A stretch of DNA of 63,278 bases, the filler included, from Thermodesulfobacteriota bacterium (GTDB taxonomy: Bacteria > DASVDK01): assembly GCA_036381125.1 (NCBI GenBank). It is 5 parts of 5 records of this genome, joined end to end, with 100 filler letters (N's around TTAATTAATTAA, not from the genome) between each part and the next. Parts side by side here need not be neighbours in the genome. Positions count along the whole stretch, not along the records: positions 1 to 20,105 come from DASVDK010000216.1; 4 more parts are not named here. One strand, 5' to 3'. Positions 1 to 15,840 of the stretch are shown one piece after another; the first letter of the stretch is position 1, and every line of letters begins with the position of its first letter. The position numbers and the translations under genes are program-made. The notes beneath the pieces are model-generated. The model worked only from the letters and a program-made list of their open reading frames with translations, was not told where the DNA came from and did no database searches.

Positions 1-425
1 GGGACGAAGAACGAGGCGAGCAGCACGATCGAGGCGAGCACGAGCACCCAGATCGAGGCCATGTTGAGCCGCGGGAAGGCCATGTCCCGGGCGCCGATCA
101 TGAGCGGGATCAGGAAGTTGCCGAACGCGCCGAGGAGGATCGGCATCGCGACGAAGAAGACCATGACGGTGCCGTGCATCGTCACGATCACGTTGTACCG
201 GTCCGGGGTGACCACCCCGAGGCCCGGCACCTCGGCGCCCGGCCAGGCGAGCTGCCAGCGCATGGCGGCGGCGAGCAGGCCGCCGACGACCGCCCAGAAG
301 GCGCCGACGGCGAAGTACTGCTTCGCGATGGTCTTGTGGTCGGTCGAGAAGACCCGGGTGCGCCAGAAGCCCGGCCGGTCGTGACCGTGCTCCGCGGGCT
401 CGGCGCTCGCGAGACGTTCGCTCAT
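1..425 (-). CDS. coxA: Cytochrome c oxidase subunit I, N-terminal part (runs off the window)
   Basis: Manual translation MSERLAS...STDHKTIAKQY...TMHGTVMVFF...GNFLIPLMIGARDMAFPRLN; ATG overlaps the coxB stop (ATGA). Confidence 0.93.
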   Translation of the reverse strand, partial: MSERLASAEPAEHGHDRPGFWRTRVFSTDHKTIAKQYFAVGAFWAVVGGLLAAAMRWQLAWPGAEVPGLGVVTPDRYNVIVTMHGTVMVFFVAMPILLGAFGNFLIPLMIGARDMAFPRLNMASIWVLVLASIVLLASFFV

Positions 426-1129
426 CGCAGGCTCTCCGATCGGGCCGTGGCGGCGGCCGGCCACTGCTGCCGCGCCCAGGCCTCGTAGTCGTCCGGCGTG
501 TGTACGTGGAGGCGTCCGTTCATGATCGAGTGGGCGACGCCGCAGAGCTCCGCGCAGGGGAGTTCGTACACCCCCGGCGTCGTCGCCTCGAACCAGCCGC
601 CGGTGAGCCGCCCGGGGACCGCGTCCTGCTTGAAGCGGAGGTTCGGGGCGAAGAAGCTGTGGATGACGTCCTCCGAGCGGAGCAGCAGGCGCACGATCCG
701 GCCCGTGGGGACGTGGATCTCGTTGCTGAAGCGGCGGTCGTCGGCGGTGCCGAACGCCCCGTCCGGGCCGGGGTACAGGACGTCCCAGTAGAACTGTCGC
801 CCCGTGACCTGGATCGTGAGGTCGGCCGGGGGCATCTGCCCCTTGACCTTCGCCCAGGCCGGCGCCCCCCGCCAGTCGACCCAGAGGTCGAGCGCGAGCA
901 CCACCACGCACGGGACCAGGATCCAGGCCATCTCCCGGAAGCGCTCGCCCCTGACGTAGGCGGCGCGCCGCCCGCGGCCGCGCCGGTAGAGGACGAGGAA
1001 CGCGCCGAACACCGCCAGGCTGGCGACGAGCCAGGCGAGCGTTCCCCAGTAGATGATGGCGAAGATCGAATCGACGTCGCCGCCGTAGGTCGACACGTTC
1101 TTCGGGAGCCACTCCATCCAGTTGAACAT
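422..1129 (-). CDS. coxB: Cytochrome c oxidase subunit II
   Basis: Two TM helices, DVIHSF, CuA motif CAELCGVAHSIM. Confidence 0.93.
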   Translation of the reverse strand: MFNWMEWLPKNVSTYGGDVDSIFAIIYWGTLAWLVASLAVFGAFLVLYRRGRGRRAAYVRGERFREMAWILVPCVVVLALDLWVDWRGAPAWAKVKGQMPPADLTIQVTGRQFYWDVLYPGPDGAFGTADDRRFSNEIHVPTGRIVRLLLRSEDVIHSFFAPNLRFKQDAVPGRLTGGWFEATTPGVYELPCAELCGVAHSIMNGRLHVHTPDDYEAWARQQWPAAATARSESLR

Positions 1130-1135
1130 GACGCC

Positions 1136-1567
1136 TCACCTCGCCGGGTCGGGCAACGGAGCCCGCTGGCGACCCGTCAGATCGGAGATGCGCACGCTGT
1201 CCAGCTCGCGCACGAGTACGGCCTGGACCCGGGCCCAGACCGGGTGAACCGGGCAGAAGCTGTCGCGGGGACAGAGCCCGCGGCGCACGAGACAGCGGTT
1301 GAGGTAGATGGGCCCTTCCACCGCCTCGATGACGCGGCGAAGGGTGAGCGCCTCCGGACGCTCGAGCAGCGAGATGCCGCCCCACATGCCCCGCCTGGTA
1401 CGCACCAGCCCCCGCTGCGCGAGCCCCTGGAGGATCTTGGCGAGATACGCGCGGGGCACGCCGGTGCGGCGGCTGAGGTCGGCGGTCCGCACGGCCGAGT
1501 CGGCCGGCTGGGCCGCGAGGTCCAGCACCACCCTGACGGCGTAGTCCCCTTTGAGCGTGAGCTGCAT
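1136..1567 (-). CDS. Rrf2 family transcriptional regulator (Cys-containing)
   Basis: DYAVRVVLDLA, YLAKILQGL, RG.WGG, C-terminal CLVRRGLCPRDSFC. Confidence 0.9.
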   Translation of the reverse strand: MQLTLKGDYAVRVVLDLAAQPADSAVRTADLSRRTGVPRAYLAKILQGLAQRGLVRTRRGMWGGISLLERPEALTLRRVIEAVEGPIYLNRCLVRRGLCPRDSFCPVHPVWARVQAVLVRELDSVRISDLTGRQRAPLPDPAR

Positions 1568-1616
1568 GAAAGCGGACGTCCCGGGCCCTTTTCACCCGGC
1601 AACGTAGCCGCTTGAA

Positions 1617-1630
1617 ATTGTGAGCACAAT
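1617..1630. promoter_or_regulatory. Palindrome ATTGTG-AG-CACAAT, putative operator between the divergent Rrf2-cox and PAS-LuxR genes
   Basis: Perfect 6-bp inverted repeat in an AT-rich intergenic patch. Confidence 0.4.
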
Positions 1631-1719
1631 GAGGCAAACGGCCTGGTTCCCTGGGCCAGTTGCGCCAGGGGCACGGTGATATACTTCGGTCGCCCGCTGG
1701 GCGTTCAGTGGAGGTGACG

Positions 1720-2385
1720 GTGAGCGACGAGCTGTCCGATCTGCTCTCGAACACGGCGGACGGGGCCCTGGCCGTGGACCGGGAGCAGCGAATCGTCTTC
1801 GCGAACGAGGCAGCCGAGAGGCTCCTCGGCCGCTCGGTCAGGGAGCTCGTGGGGCGACCCTGCTACGAGGTGATGTGCGGGCGCGACGACGCGGGTCGGC
1901 TCGTCTGTCAGCCGGACTGCCCGGACATGGCCGCGGCGCGCGGCGCCGGGCTCGCCCCGACGCACGAGATCGCGGTCCGCACGAAACGGGGGGACGAGAC
2001 CTGGCTGAGCGTCAGCAGCATCCTGGTCCCGCCGAGGCGCAGGGCGCGCTACGTGCTGGTGCACCTCTTCCGCGACGTCACCGCCCAGAAGGAAATCGAG
2101 CGAGGCGTCCGGCGCCTCCTCGCGAGCGTGGCCAGGCTGCCGTCCGCCCGGAATGCCCACGCGCCGGCGCGCCCCCCCGCACCGTCCGACGCCGGCGAGC
2201 TGACCCGCCGCGAGCGTCAGGTCCTGGCCCTCATGGCGGCCGGCACCACGACCAAGGAGATCGCGGCCGAACTCCGCATCAGCCAGGCCACGACGCGCAA
2301 CCACGTCCGGAGCATCCTCGCCAAGCTCGGCGTCCACCGGCAGGTCGAGGCGGTCGCCCTCGCGCTGAGGCACGGCCTGGTCTGA
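1720..2385 (+). CDS. PAS domain + LuxR-type HTH one-component regulator
   Basis: N-terminal PAS (NEAAERLLG), C-terminal LTRRERQVL...TTKEIAAEL...TTRNHVRSILAKLG; GTG start after GGAGG. Confidence 0.88.
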   Translation: MSDELSDLLSNTADGALAVDREQRIVFANEAAERLLGRSVRELVGRPCYEVMCGRDDAGRLVCQPDCPDMAAARGAGLAPTHEIAVRTKRGDETWLSVSSILVPPRRRARYVLVHLFRDVTAQKEIERGVRRLLASVARLPSARNAHAPARPPAPSDAGELTRRERQVLALMAAGTTTKEIAAELRISQATTRNHVRSILAKLGVHRQVEAVALALRHGLV

Positions 2386-2426
2386 AGGCGGCGCCGCGGC
2401 CGCGCGGCGCCACCCGGGCGGATCGG

Positions 2427-2633
2427 TCAGGGCCGGTCCTTGTCGCCTCCCTGCGCCGACGCGATCCAGAGCATGGGGCCGACGAAGAGCCCCTTGCCGA
2501 CGAAGTACACGCCGATCGCGGTGGTCAGCGCGTCGTTCCCCCGGCTGAAGCCGACCTTCGTGAGCAGCCAGATCCCCGCGAGGAGACAGGCCGCGGAGGC
2601 CAGAGCCCCGGCGATCCTTCCCAGCGTTCGCAT
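2427..2633 (-). CDS. Small two-TM membrane protein
   Basis: 68 aa hydrophobic ORF MRTLGRIAG..., GAGGAGG RBS. Confidence 0.55.
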   Translation of the reverse strand: MRTLGRIAGALASAACLLAGIWLLTKVGFSRGNDALTTAIGVYFVGKGLFVGPMLWIASAQGGDKDRP

Positions 2634-2791
2634 CCGCAACGCGCCCTCCTCGAGCCGTCCGCGCCGCCGCGGGCCACCCGCGCGGCGCTCCGCCAGGGCC
2701 CCTATCACACCGGCGCCGCAGGCGCAACCGGCTATCGGGCGGGACACGAGCCGGGGTTGCCGACCCGAGAGCGACGGGGCGCCGGACCCGG

Positions 2792-3286
2792 TCAGGCCCG
2801 ACGCTCGCTCGACAGGGAGAAGGCCTTCAGCGCGGCGAGCCACGCGACCAGGACGATGGCGTGGCGCAGGTGGTTCAGGTTGGCCCACTGCAACGCGAGC
2901 CGCACCGCTTCCGGCTGCGGCATGGTGTCGTCCCGCATCAGCGTGAGCATCGTCGGGATGAAGTACGAGAACGTGAAGGCCCTGTCGGCCAGCGCCGCCA
3001 GGGCCGCGCCGACCCACCACCGCCGCAGCGTCCCCCGGGCCCGCCAGCCTGCGACCAGGTTGGCCGCCGTCAGGAGCGTGAGCGGTCCGGTCGTGACGAA
3101 CGCCCAGAACCGGCGCCCTGTGTCGGCCTCGCGCGCCGCCGCGGCGTCCCAGCGGTATCCCGTCTCCGGCGACCCGGCCAGCCACTCCGGCACGACGATC
3201 CGGGCCTCGTAGAGCCCGGCGCCGAAGGTGATGCCGAGGTTGACGACGAACAGCCAGAGCAGGAGCCTGACGCCCCACCGCGTCAC
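2792..3286 (-). CDS. DUF1772/anthrone oxygenase-like membrane protein
   Basis: Four TM segments, GAGLYEARIVVP.W and W..LNHLR motifs; GTG start with RBS. Confidence 0.7.
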   Translation of the reverse strand: MTRWGVRLLLWLFVVNLGITFGAGLYEARIVVPEWLAGSPETGYRWDAAAAREADTGRRFWAFVTTGPLTLLTAANLVAGWRARGTLRRWWVGAALAALADRAFTFSYFIPTMLTLMRDDTMPQPEAVRLALQWANLNHLRHAIVLVAWLAALKAFSLSSERRA

Positions 3287-3354
3287 GTCGGATCCCTCCC
3301 CCTCTCTCCCGGCCGGCATCGGGCCCGCCGCCCGACAGGCCGAAGACGCGCCCC

Positions 3355-3711
3355 CTAACCGTCGCCCGGGAACCGCCGCTCGACCAGGCGCCGGAGCTTC
3401 TTCACCGAGAGCGCGTCCCGCCTCGCCGGGTTCTGCAGGAAGAACCAGAGCGCCTCGGCGACCTCGTTCGCGAACTGCTCCCGGCCGCCCGGGCGGCGGT
3501 ACTCGATGGCCCGGTAGAGGTCCGCTGCCACCAGCTCGACCTGGTACGGCGCGATGTCGACCCGGACGTCGCCCACCGTGAAGGTCACCTCGATCTGCTG
3601 CTCCCCCCAGGGCTCGGCGCGGCGGTCCGCGATGGCGAACCCCGTCCCCCGGACGCGGCGCCGGATCGCCTCCTCGACCGCCAGTTGCAGCGCGTTCGGC
3701 GCCTCGCTCAC
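3355..3711 (-). CDS. Hypothetical protein
   Basis: Protein-like 118 aa frame (VSEAPNALQ...), GTGA overlap with the upstream relic. Confidence 0.55.
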   Translation of the reverse strand: MSEAPNALQLAVEEAIRRRVRGTGFAIADRRAEPWGEQQIEVTFTVGDVRVDIAPYQVELVAADLYRAIEYRRPGGREQFANEVAEALWFFLQNPARRDALSVKKLRRLVERRFPGDG

Positions 3712-3917
3712 GAGCGCGCCTCGTCCGGTTCCGGCCGGCTCGCCTCCCGCGCCGGCCGCCGGAGCCCCCGGGGCCGTACCGCGTACTCGAGCGCCGCCCG
3801 CTCCGCCTCCCCGCAGGGCGGGCTCGTCGCGTAGTCGGGCTGGGCCAGGATCTTCCCCTCGGAGAGGCCGCGTGCGTTGCCGACGGCAGCGGGGTCCACC
3901 CCCTCGATCCATGCCAT
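3708..3917 (-). pseudogene. Internally deleted carboxymuconolactone decarboxylase/AhpD-like relic
   Basis: MAWIEGVDP joined directly to AVGNARGLSEGKILAQPDYATSP...EAERAALEYA; central redox motif and C-terminus missing; strong RBS retained. Confidence 0.55.
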
Positions 3918-4187
3918 GGCACGACCTCCTCGCCCTACGGCGCTCCGCGAGCACGACGAGGCCGGCGGCTCCCGCTCGCCGCCGGCGCGGATCGCGCGTA
4001 GCCCTATCGGCAGACCGATCGAGCCGGACACGCGCCGGGCCGTGAGCCCCGTCACCGTGACGCGGTCGGCGCCTCTCCGGGGCACGCCGCGACGCCTGGC
4101 TCGGCCCGCGGTCACCGTGCCCGGGTATACATCCAACGGGCGTGCCGGGCAAGCGCGGCACGGGGCGCCGACGGTGCGGCCAGGCGC

Positions 4188-5189
4188 CTAGCCGGCCACC
4201 GTCGCGGGGGGAGGCGGGGGCTGCTCGACGAACCGCCCCATCCGGCGGAACTTCTGGTAGCGGCGGTCGAGGAGCTGATCGACCGGGATGCCGTCGAGGT
4301 CGTCGAGCGCCTTGACGAGCGCCCGGCGGAGGCGGCCGGCGGTCTCCTGGAGGTTCCGGTGGGCGCCGCCGAGCGGCTCGGAGACGATGCCGTCGATCAC
4401 GCCGAACTCGAGGGCATCCTGCGCGGTGAGCTTGAGCGCCTCGGCCGCGACGTCGGCCTTGCCGCCGTCCTTCCAGAGGATCGCCGCGCAGCCCTCGGGC
4501 GAGATCACCGAGTAGACGGCGTTCTCGAGCATGAGGACCGTGTCGCCCACGCCGAGCGCGAGGGCCCCTCCACTGCCCCCCTCCCCGATCACGACGACCA
4601 CGATGGGCGTCTCGAGCGCGGCCATCTCGCGCAGGTTGCGCGCGATGGCCTCGGCCTGGCCGCGCGCCTCGGCGTCGACCCCGGGAAAGGCGCCCGGCGT
4701 GTCGATGAAGGTGACGACGGGGAGCCGGAACTTGCCGGCGAGATGGAAGAGGCGCAACGCCTTGCGGTACCCCTCGGGGTTCGGCATCCCGAAGTTGCGG
4801 TGCACCTTTTCCTTCGTGGTCCGCCCCTTCTGGTGGCCGACCACCATCACGCGCCGACCCTGGAGGAGCGCGAGCGCGCCGACGATCGCCGGGTCGTCAC
4901 GGAACGCCCGGTCGCCGTGCAGCTCGAGATAGCCTTCGAAGACGGTGGAGAGGTAGTCCAGCGTGTAGGGGCGGTTCGGATGGCGGGAGAGCTGGGTGCG
5001 CTGCCAGCGGCTCAGGTTGGCGAAGGTCTCTTCCCTGAGCCGCTGGACCTTCTGCTCGAGGCGCCGGATCTCGTCGGCGAAGCTGACGCGCTCGCTGCTC
5101 GAGAGCGCCTTCAGCTCCTCGATCTTGCGTTCCAGCTCCACGATGGGCCGCTCGAACTCGAGGAACTGCGTGGAGAGGTTCGCTGCCAT
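4188..5189 (-). CDS. accA: Acetyl-CoA carboxylase carboxyltransferase alpha subunit
   Basis: [44 protein letters not shown]; downstream of dnaE. Confidence 0.97.
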   Translation of the reverse strand: MAANLSTQFLEFERPIVELERKIEELKALSSSERVSFADEIRRLEQKVQRLREETFANLSRWQRTQLSRHPNRPYTLDYLSTVFEGYLELHGDRAFRDDPAIVGALALLQGRRVMVVGHQKGRTTKEKVHRNFGMPNPEGYRKALRLFHLAGKFRLPVVTFIDTPGAFPGVDAEARGQAEAIARNLREMAALETPIVVVVIGEGGSGGALALGVGDTVLMLENAVYSVISPEGCAAILWKDGGKADVAAEALKLTAQDALEFGVIDGIVSEPLGGAHRNLQETAGRLRRALVKALDDLDGIPVDQLLDRRYQKFRRMGRFVEQPPPPPATVAG

Positions 5190-5201
5190 GGACGGCTCTC
5201 C

Positions 5202-8696
<3,495 letters not shown>

Positions 8697-8734
8697 GCGG
8701 TGACCGCGCCTCCTTGGGAAACGGAACCCGGGTG

Positions 8735-9157
8735 CTACAGCGTTCTGGTGAATGCGGACCGGCCGGGGGCGTCGGCCTCCGGCGTGCGATGGAAGCCCTG
8801 GTCGATCAGCGCCTGTGCCCGTACCGGATCACCGGCCGGCACGGCGGCGCGGAGGGCGCGGACGCCGCGCGCCGCGGCCTCGTCGGCCGCGCGCCGGAGG
8901 AGCGCCTTCTCGACCCCGAGGCCGAAGCCGGCGGCCCCGACGGCCGGCCCCACGAGCCCGGCGACGCCCCCCTCGTCCGGCTCGCCCACGGCAACGAAGC
9001 CGATCACGTCGCCGGCCGACACGGCGACCAGCAGGCGGCCGCCCGCCAGGTAGCCCTGCGCATCGGGGAGGGCCGCGCCGGTCTCGGCCGCCACCGCCGC
9101 GACGCCCGCCAGATCGGACGCGTCGGCCGGTCGGCCGACGAACCCGGGACCGCACAT
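8735..9157 (-). CDS. GNAT-family N-acetyltransferase-like protein
   Basis: RPADASDL start, GFGLGVEKALL motif A-like segment, terminal QGF; AGGAGG RBS. Confidence 0.6.
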   Translation of the reverse strand: MCGPGFVGRPADASDLAGVAAVAAETGAALPDAQGYLAGGRLLVAVSAGDVIGFVAVGEPDEGGVAGLVGPAVGAAGFGLGVEKALLRRAADEAAARGVRALRAAVPAGDPVRAQALIDQGFHRTPEADAPGRSAFTRTL

Positions 9158-9287
9158 CGCGCACGCCTCCTTTCCGTGGCAGCCGGCTCGTCGAGAAGGA
9201 TACCAGCGCCTCGTCGCCCGCACCAGCCGGGCCCCGAGCCGGGGCTGCGCCGCCCCGCCGGCGACCGTCCGCCTGCCCTCCCGCCGC

Positions 9288-11297
9288 TCAATCGACGGGC
9301 TTCGCCGCGGTGCGGAACGTGGCCGCGCCCGCCGCGTCGAGGTGCATCGCGGTGAGGAGGTCGTCGACCCGGTAGCCCGGCCGCGCCTTGCGGATCGCGG
9401 CCATGTAGCCGCGCGCCTCGTCGAGCCGGCCGGCGAGCGCCAGGCTGTACGCGGCGATCGCGAGGATGTGCGGGTGCGCGTTCGGGCGGGCGGCGGCCTT
9501 CACCCCCCACTCGGCCGCCTCGTCGAACCGGCCGAGGCGCACGAGGGCCATGGCGCGGGCGCCGAGCATCCCGAAGAGGAGCGGGTCGAAGGGGCTCAGG
9601 CTCCGCGAGTAGTCGGAGGCCTCGATGGCGACGCGCGGGTCGCCGGCCTGCGAGTGCACGAACGCCAGCGTGTAGTGACCGAGCGCGAAGTTGGGGCTGA
9701 GATCGATGGCCCGCTCCAGCTCGACGACGGCCTGGTCCCGGCGGCCGCGCAACCAGAGCGCCCGGCCCATGGCCCAGTGTGCGGCGGGGTCGCGGTCGTC
9801 GACCATGAGGCTCTGCCCCGCGGTCTCGAACGCCAGGTCGATCTCCGGCTCCCGCGCCGCCCACCCCTGGAAGGCGTTCTGGAAGTGCGTGAACGACAGG
9901 CCCGCATGGGCGCGCGCGAAGGTCGGGTCGAGGCGGACCGCGGTCTCGAAGAAACGGCGGGCCCGCTCGTTGTCGGCCCGGTTGAACCGGTACATGTGCC
10001 ACAGGCCGCGGTGATGGGCCTCCCAGGCGTCGAGCGAGTTCGGCGGCTTCAGGATGGCGCGGTTGCGCTCGATGGTCTCGATCTCGCTCGCGACCGACGC
10101 GACGATCCGGTCGCCGATCTCGTCGAGCACGACGAGCGCGTCGTCCGCCGCGCGATCGAAGACCTCCGTCCAGACGATCCGGGCGGTGCGGGTCTCGGCC
10201 AGCTCGACCGACACGGTGAGGCGCGCGTCCCGGCGGCGCAGCGAGCCGCTGACGACGTAGTCCACGCCGAGCACGCGGCCCGCCTCCTCCGGGGCGACGC
10301 GTCGTTCCCGCAGCGCGAAGACGGTCCCCTGGGCGATGACGAAGAGGCTCCGCAGCCTGGCGAGCCTCGTGATCACGTCGTGCGCGAGACCGTCGGCCGG
10401 ACCGCCGGGGACGCTCGGCACGCCGGACTCGTCGACGAACGGCATCACCGCGACCGACGCGCGGCGGGGCCCGACGACGCCGCCCTCCCCGCGCCCGGCG
10501 GCCGAGGCCGCCGCGACGGCCGCCGCGTCGACCCTGGGCGATCGGCCCGCCTCCGCCCTGGCCGCCCGCCACACCGCGCCGAGCGGCGACTGATCGAGCC
10601 CCTCGGCCTCGAACAGTCGGCTCGTCGCCGCCAGGTGCTCCTCGCCCTCCCGGATCCGGCCGCGCCGCGCGAGCAGGCCGAGAAGGCGCTCGTGCGCCTC
10701 CCGATCCAGCGGGGCGAGCTGCAGCCACTTCTCCAGGTGCTCGATCGCCTCCTCGTCGGGCATGCGCCGCGAGAGGTGATCGAGCAGCGCCGCGTGCGAG
10801 CCGCGGAACCGACGCCGCTGCGCCGTGAGCCAGCCGCTGAAGGCGAGGCCGGGGTCGACCTCGAGCCCCTCGAGCACGTCGCCGGCGAAGAGCCCCGCCA
10901 GCGCTCGCAGCCGCTCCGCGTCGAGCGTCTCGAGGCCCGCCTCGGTGGCCCGGGCGACCTCGAGCGCATCGACGACGCAGCCCGCGAGGTCGAGCCTCAC
11001 GGCGTCCCCCCGCGTCTCGACCCGCGGCCGGCCCGGCTCGTCCACGATCCCCCTGAGCTTGCTCAGGCACCAGCGCAGCTCGCCGCGCGGATCGTCGGGA
11101 ACGTCCCAGAGCAGCTCGCAGAGGCGGCCTCGCGTGGCGGCTTGCGGAGCGAGCGACAGGTAGGCGAGGAGCGCCCGGACCTTGCGCGACCTCGGCAGCG
11201 CCAGGGCGACGCCGCCGCGGCTGATCGCGAGCGGCCCGAGGAGGCGCAGGTGGAGCGCGGCGGCGCCGCCGGTCCGGCCCGCCTCGTCCGATTCCAC
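9288..11297 (-). CDS. SARP/BTAD transcriptional activator with TolB-like and TPR domains (start uncertain)
   Basis: LRLLGPL, LCELLW, BTAD region, ASVAVMPF, LFVIAQGTVF, DYVVSGS, TPR repeats. Confidence 0.88.
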   Translation of the reverse strand: MESDEAGRTGGAAALHLRLLGPLAISRGGVALALPRSRKVRALLAYLSLAPQAATRGRLCELLWDVPDDPRGELRWCLSKLRGIVDEPGRPRVETRGDAVRLDLAGCVVDALEVARATEAGLETLDAERLRALAGLFAGDVLEGLEVDPGLAFSGWLTAQRRRFRGSHAALLDHLSRRMPDEEAIEHLEKWLQLAPLDREAHERLLGLLARRGRIREGEEHLAATSRLFEAEGLDQSPLGAVWRAARAEAGRSPRVDAAAVAAASAAGRGEGGVVGPRRASVAVMPFVDESGVPSVPGGPADGLAHDVITRLARLRSLFVIAQGTVFALRERRVAPEEAGRVLGVDYVVSGSLRRRDARLTVSVELAETRTARIVWTEVFDRAADDALVVLDEIGDRIVASVASEIETIERNRAILKPPNSLDAWEAHHRGLWHMYRFNRADNERARRFFETAVRLDPTFARAHAGLSFTHFQNAFQGWAAREPEIDLAFETAGQSLMVDDRDPAAHWAMGRALWLRGRRDQAVVELERAIDLSPNFALGHYTLAFVHSQAGDPRVAIEASDYSRSLSPFDPLLFGMLGARAMALVRLGRFDEAAEWGVKAAARPNAHPHILAIAAYSLALAGRLDEARGYMAAIRKARPGYRVDDLLTAMHLDAAGAATFRTAAKPVD

Positions 11298-11334
11298 GGG
11301 CGTTCCCACGCGGCCTCCCACGCTCGCCTCCACG
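11294..11334 (+). repeat. Four CCACG direct repeats at exact 12-bp period
   Basis: CCACG at 11294, 11306, 11318 and 11330. Confidence 0.6.
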
Positions 11335-11452
11335 CGCGGCCGGTACGGTCGATCTCGAGGGCCCGGCGTCCGGTCGACGCCGGGCCCGGCCGTCGCCGCG
11401 CACGGGCAGGGCGACAGCATAGCAGGACCACCCGCCCGAATGGAGACCGATC

Positions 11453-12298
11453 ATGGTGACCGCCGCCACGCCGCCGCACGCCCGTCCGTCCGTTCAGCCC
11501 GACCTCGAGGCCCTCAAGGCCCGCCAGCGGGGAGCCTGGTCCTCCGGCGACTACGCCGTCGTCGGCACGACGCTGCAGATCGTCGGCGAGGAGCTCTGCG
11601 AGGCGCTCGACCTGCGCGCGGGGCAGCGGGTGCTCGACGTCGCCGCCGGCAACGGCAACGTCGCGCTGGCCGCCGCCCGCCGCTTCTGCGACGTGGTCGC
11701 GACCGACTACGTGCCCGCGCTGCTCGACCGCGCCCGGGAGCGCGCCGTTGCCGAACGGCTCGCCATCGAGTGCCGCGAGGCCGACGCCGAGGCGCTGCCG
11801 TTCCCGGACGGCGCCTTCGACGCCGTCGTCTCGACCTTCGGGGTCATGTTCACGCCGGCCCAGGACCGCGCCGCCGCCGAGCTGGTGCGCGTCTGCCGGC
11901 CCGGGGGGAAGATCGGCCTCGCCAACTGGACGCCGCAGGGCTTCGTCGGCCAGCTCTTCGCGACCATCGCCGCGCACGTGCCGCCGCCGGCCGGCGCGAG
12001 GTCGCCGGCGCTCTGGGGTACACGCGCGCGGATCGCCGAGCTGTTCGAGGCGCGCGCGGCGTCCATCGCGTCGGCGCATCGGACGTTCGTGTTCCGCTAT
12101 CGCTCGCCGGCGCACTGGCTCGCGGTCTTCAGGGCCTCCTACGGACCGCTGCTCAAGACGTTCGCGGCGCTCGATGCCGATGCGCAAACGGCGCTCGGGC
12201 GCGATCTCCTGGCGCTCGTCGCCAGGTTCGACCGCTCGGGGGACGGCTCCATGGTCGTGCCCGCCGAGTACCTCGAGGTCGTGGTCACCCGGAGCTGA
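11453..12298 (+). CDS. Class I SAM-dependent methyltransferase (UbiE-like)
   Basis: VLDVAAGNG, DAEALPFPDGAFDAV, RVCRPGG. Confidence 0.9.
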   Translation: MVTAATPPHARPSVQPDLEALKARQRGAWSSGDYAVVGTTLQIVGEELCEALDLRAGQRVLDVAAGNGNVALAAARRFCDVVATDYVPALLDRARERAVAERLAIECREADAEALPFPDGAFDAVVSTFGVMFTPAQDRAAAELVRVCRPGGKIGLANWTPQGFVGQLFATIAAHVPPPAGARSPALWGTRARIAELFEARAASIASAHRTFVFRYRSPAHWLAVFRASYGPLLKTFAALDADAQTALGRDLLALVARFDRSGDGSMVVPAEYLEVVVTRS

Positions 12299-12442
12299 GG
12301 CGGGCCGCCGACGTCACCCGAGGGAGCGCGTCGCCACCGGGCCGCACGGCGCGGCGCGCTCGCGTCGGCCGGGGGCCGGCGGCGCGTCCGGTCGGCCCTG
12401 CGCCCGCGCGCTCGGCTCCAGGGCGAGCCGGGGACGGGCCGG

Positions 12443-12690
12443 TCAGCGGTCGCTCGGCGCGAGCCTCGCGCCGAGCGCGCCGAACGCCCCGGCGAACACC
12501 CAGCGCATCCGGGCGAGCAGCCGCGGCCGCGCGATGACCTGGTACTCGACGGTCTGGAACGCGAGCGCGCTGGCGTGCAGGAGCGCCGCGAGCCCGAGGA
12601 TCGCCGCGGCCATGCGCGGCACGATGCCGAGCGTGCAGCCGAGCGCGGCGACGACGCTCGCTCGGAAGCCGCGCGAGAGGCCTGCCGATC
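12443..12690 (-). pseudogene. LysE/RhtB translocator relic with internal deletion
   Basis: GLSRGFRASVVAALGCTLGIVP..AAILGLAALLHASALAFQTV fused to C-terminal VIARPRLL..MRWVFAGAFGALGARLA; no start, middle helices missing. Confidence 0.6.
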
Positions 12691-12708
12691 GCCTCCCGAG
12701 GCTCGGCG

Positions 12709-15793
<3,085 letters not shown>

Positions 15794-15840
15794 CTACAGG
15801 TTGCGAATTGGCCGATGGTAGCCCCCAAGGTCTTGGGCTG

